Below are positions 54,581-62,506 of a DNA stretch of 64,000 nt, piece by piece. The stretch covers positions 972-64,971 of the forward strand of contig JAZQDD010000020.1 of assembly GCA_045546615.1 (NCBI GenBank), read 5' to 3'. Numbering within the stretch: position 1 is the stretch's first letter; each line of letters opens with the position of its first letter. The notes beneath the pieces were generated by a model that saw nothing but the letters and a program-made list of their open reading frames with translations, did no database searches and was not told the origin of the DNA. Source of the stretch: Eubacteriales bacterium (GTDB taxonomy: Bacteria; Bacillota; Clostridia; Oscillospirales; CAG-272). Position numbers and translations under genes: made by a program.

Positions 54581-54609
54581 AAAAAACGGCTTTATAGAGC
54601 CGTTTTTTT
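54581..54609 (+). terminator. rho-independent terminator
   Basis: AAAAAACGGCT-TTATAG-AGCCGTTTTTTT. Confidence 0.85.
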
Positions 54610-54691
54610 GCAAAAAACTGTTGAACTAACGGGAATTATAATATATAATAATATAATAAGTTAAATTTTACATACCGAAAGGGAAATAAAA

Positions 54692-54901
54692 ATGGTAAAA
54701 ATCAGCTTCAGAACCGACAGATGTAAGGGCTGCGGGCTTTGCGTTACCGCCTGCCCCAAAAAGCTGCTCGCTATGGACAGCGAGAAGATAAACGCGCAGG
54801 GCCATCACCCTGCCACCATCACCGACGCATCCGCTTGCATAGGCTGTGCTTCATGCGCACTTATCTGCCCCGATTGCGTCATTACGATCATCAAGGAATA
54901 A
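54692..54901 (+). CDS. 2-oxoacid:ferredoxin oxidoreductase delta subunit (2x[4Fe-4S] ferredoxin)
   Basis: 69 aa. CKGCGLCVTACP and CIGCASCALICP. Confidence 0.9.
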   Translation: MVKISFRTDRCKGCGLCVTACPKKLLAMDSEKINAQGHHPATITDASACIGCASCALICPDCVITIIKE

Positions 54902-54913
54902 AGGAGAGAGAAA

Positions 54914-55975
54914 ATGGCAGAAAAGGTACTTATGAAAGGTAACGAGGCTATTGCCGAGGCTGCTATCGCCGCAGGCTGCCGCCATTATTTCGGTTACCCC
55001 ATCACCCCCCAGACAGAAATTGCCGCATATATGGCAAAGCGTATGCCCAAGATAGGCGGCGTTTTCCTTCAGGCTGAAAGCGAAGTTTCCGCTGTTAATA
55101 TGGTCATCGGTGCGGCTTCCGCAGGCGTGCGCGTTATGACCTCGTCCTCCTCCCCCGGAATATCCCTTAAGAGCGAGGGACTTTCCTACATGGCAGGATG
55201 CGACCTGCCCGCACTCATCGTCAACGTTCAGCGCGGCGGCCCGGGTCTTGGCGGTATCCAGCCCTCCCAGTCCGACTATTTCCAAGCTACCCGCGGCGGC
55301 GGACACGGTGACTATCACATGCTCGTTCTCGCTCCCGACTCCGTGCAGGAAATGGCTCAAATGACCATTCAGGGCTTTGCCCTTGCTGAGAAATACCGTA
55401 TGCCCTGTATGCTTTTGGCAGACGGTACTATGGGACAGATGATGGAGCCCGTTGAGCTTCCCGACACCGCACCCGAAATGGTGGAGAAGCCTTGGGCGCT
55501 CACGGGTACGGGACTTTCTCGCAAGCACAATATCATAAACTCCCTCTCTCTTACTCCGGACGAGCTTGAGAGATGGAATATCGACAGATACGCAAGATAT
55601 GCAAAGGTCGAGGCTGACGAGGTAATGTACGAGGAGTATCTTACCGAGGATGCCGACGTTTGCGTAGTTGGCTACGGCATCGCCGCAAGAGTTGCGCGTA
55701 ACGCCGTTAACGCCGCACGCGCCAAGGGCATCAAGGCAGGAATGTTCCGCCCCATCACCCTCTGGCCCTTCCCCAAGGCAGCACTTAACAAGCTCGCAAC
55801 CACCTGCCGTGCGTTCATTTCCGTTGAGCTTTCCATGGGACAGCTTATCGAGGATGTTGAGCTTGCTATCCGTTGCAGCCGCCCCGTAACTCTTTGCAAC
55901 CGTACGGGCGGTATGATCCCCTCACCCGAGCAGGTGCTTGCCTCTATCGAGGAAGCCGCCGCAAAACTTAATTAA
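54914..55975 (+). CDS. 2-oxoacid:ferredoxin oxidoreductase alpha subunit
   Basis: GGAGAG RBS. 353 aa. MKGNEAIAEAAIAAGCRHYFGYPITPQTEI. Confidence 0.9.
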   Translation: MAEKVLMKGNEAIAEAAIAAGCRHYFGYPITPQTEIAAYMAKRMPKIGGVFLQAESEVSAVNMVIGAASAGVRVMTSSSSPGISLKSEGLSYMAGCDLPALIVNVQRGGPGLGGIQPSQSDYFQATRGGGHGDYHMLVLAPDSVQEMAQMTIQGFALAEKYRMPCMLLADGTMGQMMEPVELPDTAPEMVEKPWALTGTGLSRKHNIINSLSLTPDELERWNIDRYARYAKVEADEVMYEEYLTEDADVCVVGYGIAARVARNAVNAARAKGIKAGMFRPITLWPFPKAALNKLATTCRAFISVELSMGQLIEDVELAIRCSRPVTLCNRTGGMIPSPEQVLASIEEAAAKLN

Positions 55976-55989
55976 GGAGGATGCTGAAA

Positions 55990-56739
55990 ATGGCAGTTGT
56001 ATTTGAAAGACCTCACTCCCTTGTTGACGTGCCGATGCACTATTGCCCCGGTTGCGGTCACGGTATAATTCACCGCCTTGTTGCAGAGGCTATCGACAGC
56101 CTCGGTATCGAGGGTAAGACCATTGGCGTTGCCTCGGTTGGTTGCTCGGTATTTTCCTATAATTATTTCAACACCGACATGGTTCAGGCGGCTCACGGAC
56201 GCGCTCCCGCCGTTGCTACGGGCGTAAAGCGTGCTAACCCCGAGAACATCGTTTTCACCTATCAGGGTGACGGCGACCTTGCCGCTATCGGTACTGCGGA
56301 GACTGTTCACGCCGCCGCAAGAGGTGAGAACATCACCATTATCTTTGTAAACAACGCAATTTACGGTATGACGGGCGGTCAGATGGCTCCCACCTCTCTC
56401 CCCGGTCAGATCACGCAGACCTCGCCCTACGGACGTGACGTTAACACCGTCGGATACCCCGTAAAGGTCAGCGAGATGCTTTCCCAGCTTGACGGCGCGG
56501 CTTATATCGAGCGCGTTGCTATCAACAACACAAAGAACATTCGCGCCGCCGCAAAGGCTATCAAAAAGGCGTTTACTTATCAGACCGAGGGCAAGGGTTT
56601 TACTCTTATCGAGGTAGTTTCCACCTGCCCGACCAACTGGGGACTTACTCCCGAAAAGTCTATGGCATGGCTTGAGGAGAATATGCTTCCTTACTATCCT
56701 CTCGGCGTATACAAGGATAAGTACGCCGACAAAAACTGA
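55990..56739 (+). CDS. 2-oxoacid:ferredoxin oxidoreductase beta subunit (TPP-binding)
   Basis: AAGGAGG-N9-ATG at 55990 (the ATG at 55981 abuts the RBS). Contains CPGCGHG, GDGD, NNAIYGMTGGQ. Confidence 0.9.
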   Translation: MAVVFERPHSLVDVPMHYCPGCGHGIIHRLVAEAIDSLGIEGKTIGVASVGCSVFSYNYFNTDMVQAAHGRAPAVATGVKRANPENIVFTYQGDGDLAAIGTAETVHAAARGENITIIFVNNAIYGMTGGQMAPTSLPGQITQTSPYGRDVNTVGYPVKVSEMLSQLDGAAYIERVAINNTKNIRAAAKAIKKAFTYQTEGKGFTLIEVVSTCPTNWGLTPEKSMAWLEENMLPYYPLGVYKDKYADKN

Positions 56740-56754
56740 TAGGGGGTATTGACT

Positions 56755-57291
56755 ATGACAAAGAATATTCTTATTGCCGGCTTTGGTGGACAGGGCGTGC
56801 TTTTCACTGGTAAATTTATCGCTTACGGTGCGCTTATCGAGGGCAAGGAGCTTAGCTGGCTTCCTTCCTACGGCCCTGAAATGCGCGGCGGAACTTGCAA
56901 TTGCTCCGTTATCGTCAGCGACGAGCCCGTAGGCTCTCCCATTGTTAACGAGCCTGATGTGCTTATTGCTATGAACCGCCCCTCGCTTGATAAATTTGAG
57001 GACTCTGTTGTTCCCGGCGGTGATATTTATATCGACTCCTCCCTTGTTGACAGAGAGGTACGCCGTACCGACGTAAACGTTCATTATATTCCCGCTACCC
57101 GCCTTTCCACCGAGCGCGGCTTTGACGGTATCGCCAATATGATACTGCTTGGAAGCGTTATCAAGGGAAGCGGCGTTATCAAGGAGGAGACTATCCCCGC
57201 GGCTATGTCGAAGGTAGTTTCCGCAAAGCGTCAGAATCTTTTTGATTTCAATATCCGCGCACTGCAGCTTGGCGCGGAAGTGCTTAAATAA
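56755..57291 (+). CDS. 2-oxoacid:ferredoxin oxidoreductase gamma subunit
   Basis: [32 protein letters not shown]. Confidence 0.9.
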   Translation: MTKNILIAGFGGQGVLFTGKFIAYGALIEGKELSWLPSYGPEMRGGTCNCSVIVSDEPVGSPIVNEPDVLIAMNRPSLDKFEDSVVPGGDIYIDSSLVDREVRRTDVNVHYIPATRLSTERGFDGIANMILLGSVIKGSGVIKEETIPAAMSKVVSAKRQNLFDFNIRALQLGAEVLK

Positions 57292-57301
57292 TAGGTGTAG
57301 T

Positions 57302-57865
57302 ATGGCTAAAACACATTCCGAAGAGCTTCGTGAGATAGCCGCACGCCTTCAGGATATGCGCGAGATATGCGAGATATCCGAGGAGGAAATGGCGCAAAAG
57401 CTTGGCGAAACGCTCGCAGACTATCAGTCCTACGAGCGCGGCGAAAGAGATTTTCAGATCAGCTTTCTCTGCGAGGCGGCAAACGTTCTCGGTATTGACG
57501 TGCTTGATCTTATGAGCGGTACGTCGCCAACTCTTTCAGTTTGCACCGTTGTTAAAAAAGGTCAGGGCTTTAACGTTGACCGTAACAACGCGTATAAATA
57601 TAAGCACCTTGCGTTCCCCTTCCGCAACAAAAAGGCAGAGCCCTTCCTTGTTACCGTTGAGCCTAACGATTCCATCCCCGCCCTCAACTCCCACCCCGGT
57701 CAGGAATTTGACTATATGGTGTCGGGTGCGATGAAGCTCTTTATAGGTGAGGAAGAATATCTTCTTGAGGCGGGAGACAGCGCGTATTTTGACTCTTCCA
57801 CACCCCACGCGCTCAAAGCCGTGGGCGACACTGCCGCAGAGTTTTTGGCAATAGTTATCAAGTAA
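57302..57865 (+). CDS. XRE HTH plus cupin-domain transcriptional regulator
   Basis: ATG 57302 follows the gamma-subunit stop. The HTH is in the first 70 aa. C-terminal cupin motifs HPGQEFDYMVSG...YFDSSTPHA. Confidence 0.85.
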   Translation: MAKTHSEELREIAARLQDMREICEISEEEMAQKLGETLADYQSYERGERDFQISFLCEAANVLGIDVLDLMSGTSPTLSVCTVVKKGQGFNVDRNNAYKYKHLAFPFRNKKAEPFLVTVEPNDSIPALNSHPGQEFDYMVSGAMKLFIGEEEYLLEAGDSAYFDSSTPHALKAVGDTAAEFLAIVIK

Positions 57866-57874
57866 GGACGTAAA

Positions 57875-59569
57875 ATGGCTATTTATGAAAAATATCTGGG
57901 GCGCTCAAGGGACAGCTTTTCCTCGCTGAAGGATGCGCAGGAGAACTTGAAGTTCAGTTGCCCAGATGACTTTAATTTCGCGTATGACGTTATAGACGAG
58001 CTTGGCAGAACCAAACCCGACAAAACGGCTATGGTCTGGGTATCAAAGAATTGGGAGGAGAAGATAATAAGCTTCTCCGAGCTTTCGCGTGAGTCCGACC
58101 GTGCCGCCGCGTTTCTTTACGGACTCGGCATTCGTCGCGGCGACAGAGTGCTTCTCGTTCTCAAGCGCCATTACTATTTCTGGTATCTGCTCCTCGGACT
58201 TCACAAGATAGGTGCGGTTGAGGTACACGCTACGTCCATGCTCACGGCAAAGGACTATGTTTACCGCTGTAACGCCGCAAAGGTCAAGGCGGTCATAGTC
58301 TCCTGCGACGATGGCTGTACCGAGCATTTTGACGGCGGTATGGGCAAGTATGAAACTGTCGAACACCGGTTCGTTATCGGCGGCAACGCACCCGACGGCT
58401 GGCGTGATTTCAACGCCGAGTTCGAATCAACCCCCGCCGAATGGAAAAAGCCCGACTACCTTGCGGATTTCTCTGCCGACGAGACGATGATGCTCTGCTT
58501 CTCGTCGGGAACTACGGGATATCCAAAGCTCATTTCCCACGATTACCGCTACCCCCTCGGTCATATTATGACGGGTGTTTTCTGGCATCGCTGTGTTGAC
58601 GGCGGACTCCATCTGTCCGTGTCCGACACGGGCTGGATGAAGGCTTTCTGGGGTAAGATGTACGGTCAGTGGTTTGCCGAAAGCGCGATAATGGTCTATG
58701 ATTTTGACCGCTTTAACGGAGACGATATACTTAAAATAGTGGAAAAATACAAGGTCACCACCTTCTGTGTTCCCCCCACTATGTACCGCATGATACTGCT
58801 CAAGGACGTTGAAAAGTACGACCTTTCATCCATCGTGCATTGTTGCACGGCGGGTGAGGCACTCGGCCCTGAAATTTATAACGAATGGCTCACGCGCACG
58901 GGACACAAGATATACGAGGGCTTCGGACAGAGCGAAACTCCCGTTATTATTGCCTCGCTCGCGCCGTATACCGAGCCTGTACCGGGTGCGGCGGGACTTC
59001 CCGTTCCGGGTTATGACGTTCAGATAGTGGACGAGGACTGCAATCCCTGTCCGCGCGGTGTAAACGGCGAGATATGCGTTCGTGTGGACAGCATGGCGAC
59101 TCGCCCATACGGTCTGCTTTCGAGCTATAATTTCAACGAGGAGGAGACTGCAAACGCCTACCGCGACGGCTTCTATCACACGGGAGACATTGCCTACCGC
59201 GATGAAAAGGGTATGTTCCGCTACGTTGGACGTAACGATGATATAATCAAATCATCGGGTTACCGTATAGGCCCGTTCGAGATAGAGTCGGTAATGATCG
59301 AGCACCCCGCGGTGCTGGAGGTTGCGGTTACGGGCGTTCCCGACGCTCTGCGCGGCTTCCTTGTTAAGGCAACGGTCGTTCTGCGCGAGGGATATACACC
59401 CTCTGACGAGCTTGTAAAGGAGCTTCAGAACTATGTTAAGGCCAACACAGCACCGTACAAGTACCCTCGCATTATCGAGTTTGTCGATGCGCTTCCCAAG
59501 ACCTTCAGCGGAAAGATACGCCGTACGGAGATACGTCAGCGTGATGCTGAAAAGTATGCTAATAAATAA
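57875..59569 (+). CDS. medium-chain-type AMP-forming acyl-CoA synthetase
   Basis: 564 aa. FSSGTTGYPK, GFGQSET, YHTGD, GRNDDIIKSSGYRIGPFEIES, and a C-terminal SGKIRR. Confidence 0.9.
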   Translation: MAIYEKYLGRSRDSFSSLKDAQENLKFSCPDDFNFAYDVIDELGRTKPDKTAMVWVSKNWEEKIISFSELSRESDRAAAFLYGLGIRRGDRVLLVLKRHYYFWYLLLGLHKIGAVEVHATSMLTAKDYVYRCNAAKVKAVIVSCDDGCTEHFDGGMGKYETVEHRFVIGGNAPDGWRDFNAEFESTPAEWKKPDYLADFSADETMMLCFSSGTTGYPKLISHDYRYPLGHIMTGVFWHRCVDGGLHLSVSDTGWMKAFWGKMYGQWFAESAIMVYDFDRFNGDDILKIVEKYKVTTFCVPPTMYRMILLKDVEKYDLSSIVHCCTAGEALGPEIYNEWLTRTGHKIYEGFGQSETPVIIASLAPYTEPVPGAAGLPVPGYDVQIVDEDCNPCPRGVNGEICVRVDSMATRPYGLLSSYNFNEEETANAYRDGFYHTGDIAYRDEKGMFRYVGRNDDIIKSSGYRIGPFEIESVMIEHPAVLEVAVTGVPDALRGFLVKATVVLREGYTPSDELVKELQNYVKANTAPYKYPRIIEFVDALPKTFSGKIRRTEIRQRDAEKYANK

Positions 59570-59572
59570 AAT

Positions 59573-59602
59573 AAGGGGTAGAAACGCGAGTTTCTACCCC
59601 TT
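59573..59602. terminator. bidirectional terminator
   Basis: AAGGGGTAGAAAC-GCGAG-TTTCTACCCCTT between convergent genes. Confidence 0.85.
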
Positions 59603-59619
59603 ATTTTATACTTGGAGAT

Positions 59620-60390
59620 TTAAAAAACTATTCTCTCGACCTTTGTGCATCCTTTTCCCGCGGCGACCTCAAAAAGCACGGCGTTGGCGCGCACCTTGCC
59701 GCGCGCGGCGCGAAAACGCGCGGGCATAGCCGTTAGAAATTGCGCCATGATCGGCTCTGCCGCCGCGCCGAGGATGCTGTCCTCAACGCCCGTCATTCCG
59801 ACGTCGGTGATGTATCCGCTGCCGTTTGGCAATATGCGCTCGTCAGCGGTAGGAACGTGTGTGTGCGTTCCGAAAATAACGTCCACTCTGCCGTCAAGAT
59901 AACGGCCCATGGCTTGCTTTTCCGAGGTTGCCTCGGCGTGAAAATCAAGCACGGCTACGTCATACTTGCCACTCTCGCGGCGCAGAATAGCATCTGCGGC
60001 GGAAAATGGCGAGGCGAGCGCGACCTTCATCGACACGTTGCCTTGCAGATTCATAACAAGCACGCGCTGTCCTGCCGCGTTAATTATCACACTTCCGTGT
60101 CCGGGTGCGCCGCCTGGGAAATTATCGGGGCGCAAAAGGCGTTTTTCATCGTCAAGGGCGGAGTAGCAATCGCGTTGGCCAAAGGCGTGATTCCCCGTCG
60201 TTATCACGTCCGCGCCCGCATCAAAAAGAGCCGAAACGTCATCTCGGGAGATGCCCTTGATATCGGCGGCGTTTTCGCCGTTCACTATTGTCAGATCTAC
60301 GCCGAGGGCGTTTATTTTTTTTCGTAATTCTTTTCGCAAAAAGCTCACGGCATCCGCGCCGACAACGTCGCCAACAGCTAATATTCTCAT
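59620..60390 (-). CDS. ymdB: YmdB-family metallophosphoesterase (2',3'-cyclic-nucleotide phosphodiesterase)
   Basis: MRILAVGDVVG, NGENAA, TGNH, DFHAEATSEK, GTHTHVPT. Confidence 0.9.
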   Translation of the reverse strand: MRILAVGDVVGADAVSFLRKELRKKINALGVDLTIVNGENAADIKGISRDDVSALFDAGADVITTGNHAFGQRDCYSALDDEKRLLRPDNFPGGAPGHGSVIINAAGQRVLVMNLQGNVSMKVALASPFSAADAILRRESGKYDVAVLDFHAEATSEKQAMGRYLDGRVDVIFGTHTHVPTADERILPNGSGYITDVGMTGVEDSILGAAAEPIMAQFLTAMPARFRAARGKVRANAVLFEVAAGKGCTKVERIVF

Positions 60391-60392
60391 TT

Positions 60393-60893
60393 TTATCCTT
60401 CTGATTTTTTGATAGATTTCATTTTGTCCGCAAACTTGCCAACTGCGATGAACACGGCAGCTCCAAGCGCGCTCTGCGCAACGTTAAGCGGCACTCCCGC
60501 CAGCGCGCCGAATGCGCTGTGATAGACGAAGACCGTTTCGTATGCCCAATATCCCGCCGAGATGATGAGTGTTGAAGTGATTACGGCGATGATGTTGCGG
60601 CGGCTGCATATTTTGGTTTTGCGTGTGAAAAGTACCGTTGCGGCGATGCGAGTCAGCACCGTTGCGGGTATCCACAGCGTGTAGCCGAGGATGAGGTCGC
60701 AAAGCCCCATACCGATAGCGGATGCCGCCATAGCGTAGGGAAGCGGCAAGAACGCCGCCGCAAGAAAAACAAGACCGTCTCCCGCGTGCACGTAGCCGAC
60801 AGGGAGGGGGATCTTAATAAAGCAGGTAGCCGCAAATATCAGCGCGGCGAACATTGCCGATGCGGTAAGGGTGCGGACAGAGAGTTTTTTCAT
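60393..60893 (-). CDS. ECF-transporter S component (substrate unknown)
   Basis: 166 aa, ~5-6 TM. The N-terminus LTASAMFAALIFAATCFIKIPLPVGYVHAGDGLVFLAA is typical of ECF S units. Confidence 0.7.
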   Translation of the reverse strand: MKKLSVRTLTASAMFAALIFAATCFIKIPLPVGYVHAGDGLVFLAAAFLPLPYAMAASAIGMGLCDLILGYTLWIPATVLTRIAATVLFTRKTKICSRRNIIAVITSTLIISAGYWAYETVFVYHSAFGALAGVPLNVAQSALGAAVFIAVGKFADKMKSIKKSEG

Positions 60894-61813
60894 TGTAGAT
60901 TACCTTCCTTTAAGAGTGATTCATTTCCTTCAGGTGAGCATATCTGTAAAAGTCTTTCTCGCGTGCCGTCAAATTTGACGGTCTTTATTGCATTGCAATT
61001 TGAAAATGCGTAAATGCCGATCTCGGCAAGGGTAGAGGGAAGCGTGATTTTTTCAAGTGAGGTGCAATTATTAAAGGCACGGTTTTCAATTATCGTGCAT
61101 CCTTCGGGAATGGAGACGGTTTTGAGCGCTTTGCATCCGAAAAATGCGTTTTGATTTATCTTTTCGAGCTTTGCGGGCAGATTTATTTCTTCAAGTCCGA
61201 TACAGCCCGAAAACGCGCGGTCGTCAATGACACTGACCGAGTCGGGAAGAGTTACCGAGCGCAGAAAATCCGCGCCGTTGAATGCTTTTGTTCCCACGGC
61301 GGTGACAAGTGCGCCGTCAAAAACGTCGGGAACTGATACGTCCGCCCCGCCCTTGTAAAGTTCGCTGTCAAATCTTATAGCGCCTGCCGATTGAGAGTCG
61401 AGCGAGAACCACGGCATACTCTCCGAGGTCGCAACGAGAATGTCCTCCTTGCCCGCAAGCACTTGCGCGTATTTCAGCGCGGCGTCGGCGGCACGCTCAC
61501 GAGCATCGGAAAAATCGCCAAGCTCGCAAAAAAGCTCGTATGCCTTGTGGTATTCGCCCGCGTTAAAGAGTGCTGTGGCATCGTCGTATTTGTTTGAGGG
61601 GATAACGGTGTTTTTTATATAAAGCGTCAAAAGCACCGCGCCTGTTACGAGCAATAGAGCGCCGCATATTGCGGCAGAGGCGAATATGAGCTTTCTTTTG
61701 TTTTTGCGCAGAGCCGCGGCTGCGTTTTTTTCGTCGGCGCGCTGTTGGTAAAGCGCGCGCCTCTCTGCGCTTGTCAGTCGGCGTTCGCTCTCGCTGTTTT
61801 TATTTTCTTCCAT
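60890..61813 (-). CDS. membrane-anchored BspA-type leucine-rich-repeat protein
   Basis: ATG at 61813. One TM (LIFASAAICGALLLVTGAVLLTLYI). LRR units of type AFSGCIGLEEINLP / AFFGCKALKTVSIP / AFNNCTSLEKITLP. Confidence 0.8.
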   Translation of the reverse strand: MEENKNSESERRLTSAERRALYQQRADEKNAAAALRKNKRKLIFASAAICGALLLVTGAVLLTLYIKNTVIPSNKYDDATALFNAGEYHKAYELFCELGDFSDARERAADAALKYAQVLAGKEDILVATSESMPWFSLDSQSAGAIRFDSELYKGGADVSVPDVFDGALVTAVGTKAFNGADFLRSVTLPDSVSVIDDRAFSGCIGLEEINLPAKLEKINQNAFFGCKALKTVSIPEGCTIIENRAFNNCTSLEKITLPSTLAEIGIYAFSNCNAIKTVKFDGTRERLLQICSPEGNESLLKEGNLQ

Positions 61814-61817
61814 AATT

Positions 61818-62309
61818 TTATTCCTCGTCGATATAGTGAGCGCCCGCCGCAAACAGAGCAATAAGAAACTCGTCGCAAACGGTGATCTTTACCGCCTCGT
61901 CCTGCGCCTCGGGGGAGATAAAGTAGTGTGCATTCTTATCGAATGCCGCGGGGCAGTAGTTATATGTGCGCCGCTTTTTTTCGGCATCGGGCAGTTTTGC
62001 GCCGCGCGTCAGAGCCGCGCCGGTTACGCTCAAACGGCAGACTGTGCGCCGCGCCTTTCCCTTTTCCTCGACAATGGTCAGGTCAACTCCCTCGCCGTTT
62101 TGCTCAAGGGTGTATACGTATCCTGTCAGTAAATAGCGTGTGCAAAGCATGATAGCACCCATGGCAAATACAAGTCCAAGCATTTGAAGCGCTCCCGTGT
62201 AGGGGAGCTTTGCCGCAGGCGAGAGAAAGAGCAGCAGGGCAATGAAAAGCGCGGAAAAGGTCAGCGCTTTTGTAGGCGTGTTGCCCTGTGGCGGACGGTA
62301 TGAATACAT
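61818..62309 (-). CDS. hypothetical 2-TM membrane protein
   Basis: 163 aa. Its stop is 5 nt before the next start. Two hydrophobic segments, then a soluble domain. Confidence 0.6.
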   Translation of the reverse strand: MYSYRPPQGNTPTKALTFSALFIALLLFLSPAAKLPYTGALQMLGLVFAMGAIMLCTRYLLTGYVYTLEQNGEGVDLTIVEEKGKARRTVCRLSVTGAALTRGAKLPDAEKKRRTYNYCPAAFDKNAHYFISPEAQDEAVKITVCDEFLIALFAAGAHYIDEE

Positions 62310-62446
62310 TTTTACCTCACAAACAGAAATCTACATTTATATTATCACATTTTGCCGTGACAGTCAACTAAAAAGATGTGTTTTTTCTTATATGGCATCG
62401 GTACGACAAATAAATTGCGCGTCTTGAAATAAAATTGCGCAAATAT

Positions 62447-62475
62447 TTGACAAATGCGCAAAAATAGTATATAAT
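62447..62475 (+). promoter_or_regulatory. promoter of araB, overlapped by phased direct repeats
   Basis: TTGACA-N17-TATAAT. AAAT(T)GCGC occurs at 62412, 62432 and 62452. Confidence 0.7.
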
Positions 62476-62506
62476 AAATTAATTATATCTAAATTGAGGA
62501 AAAAGC

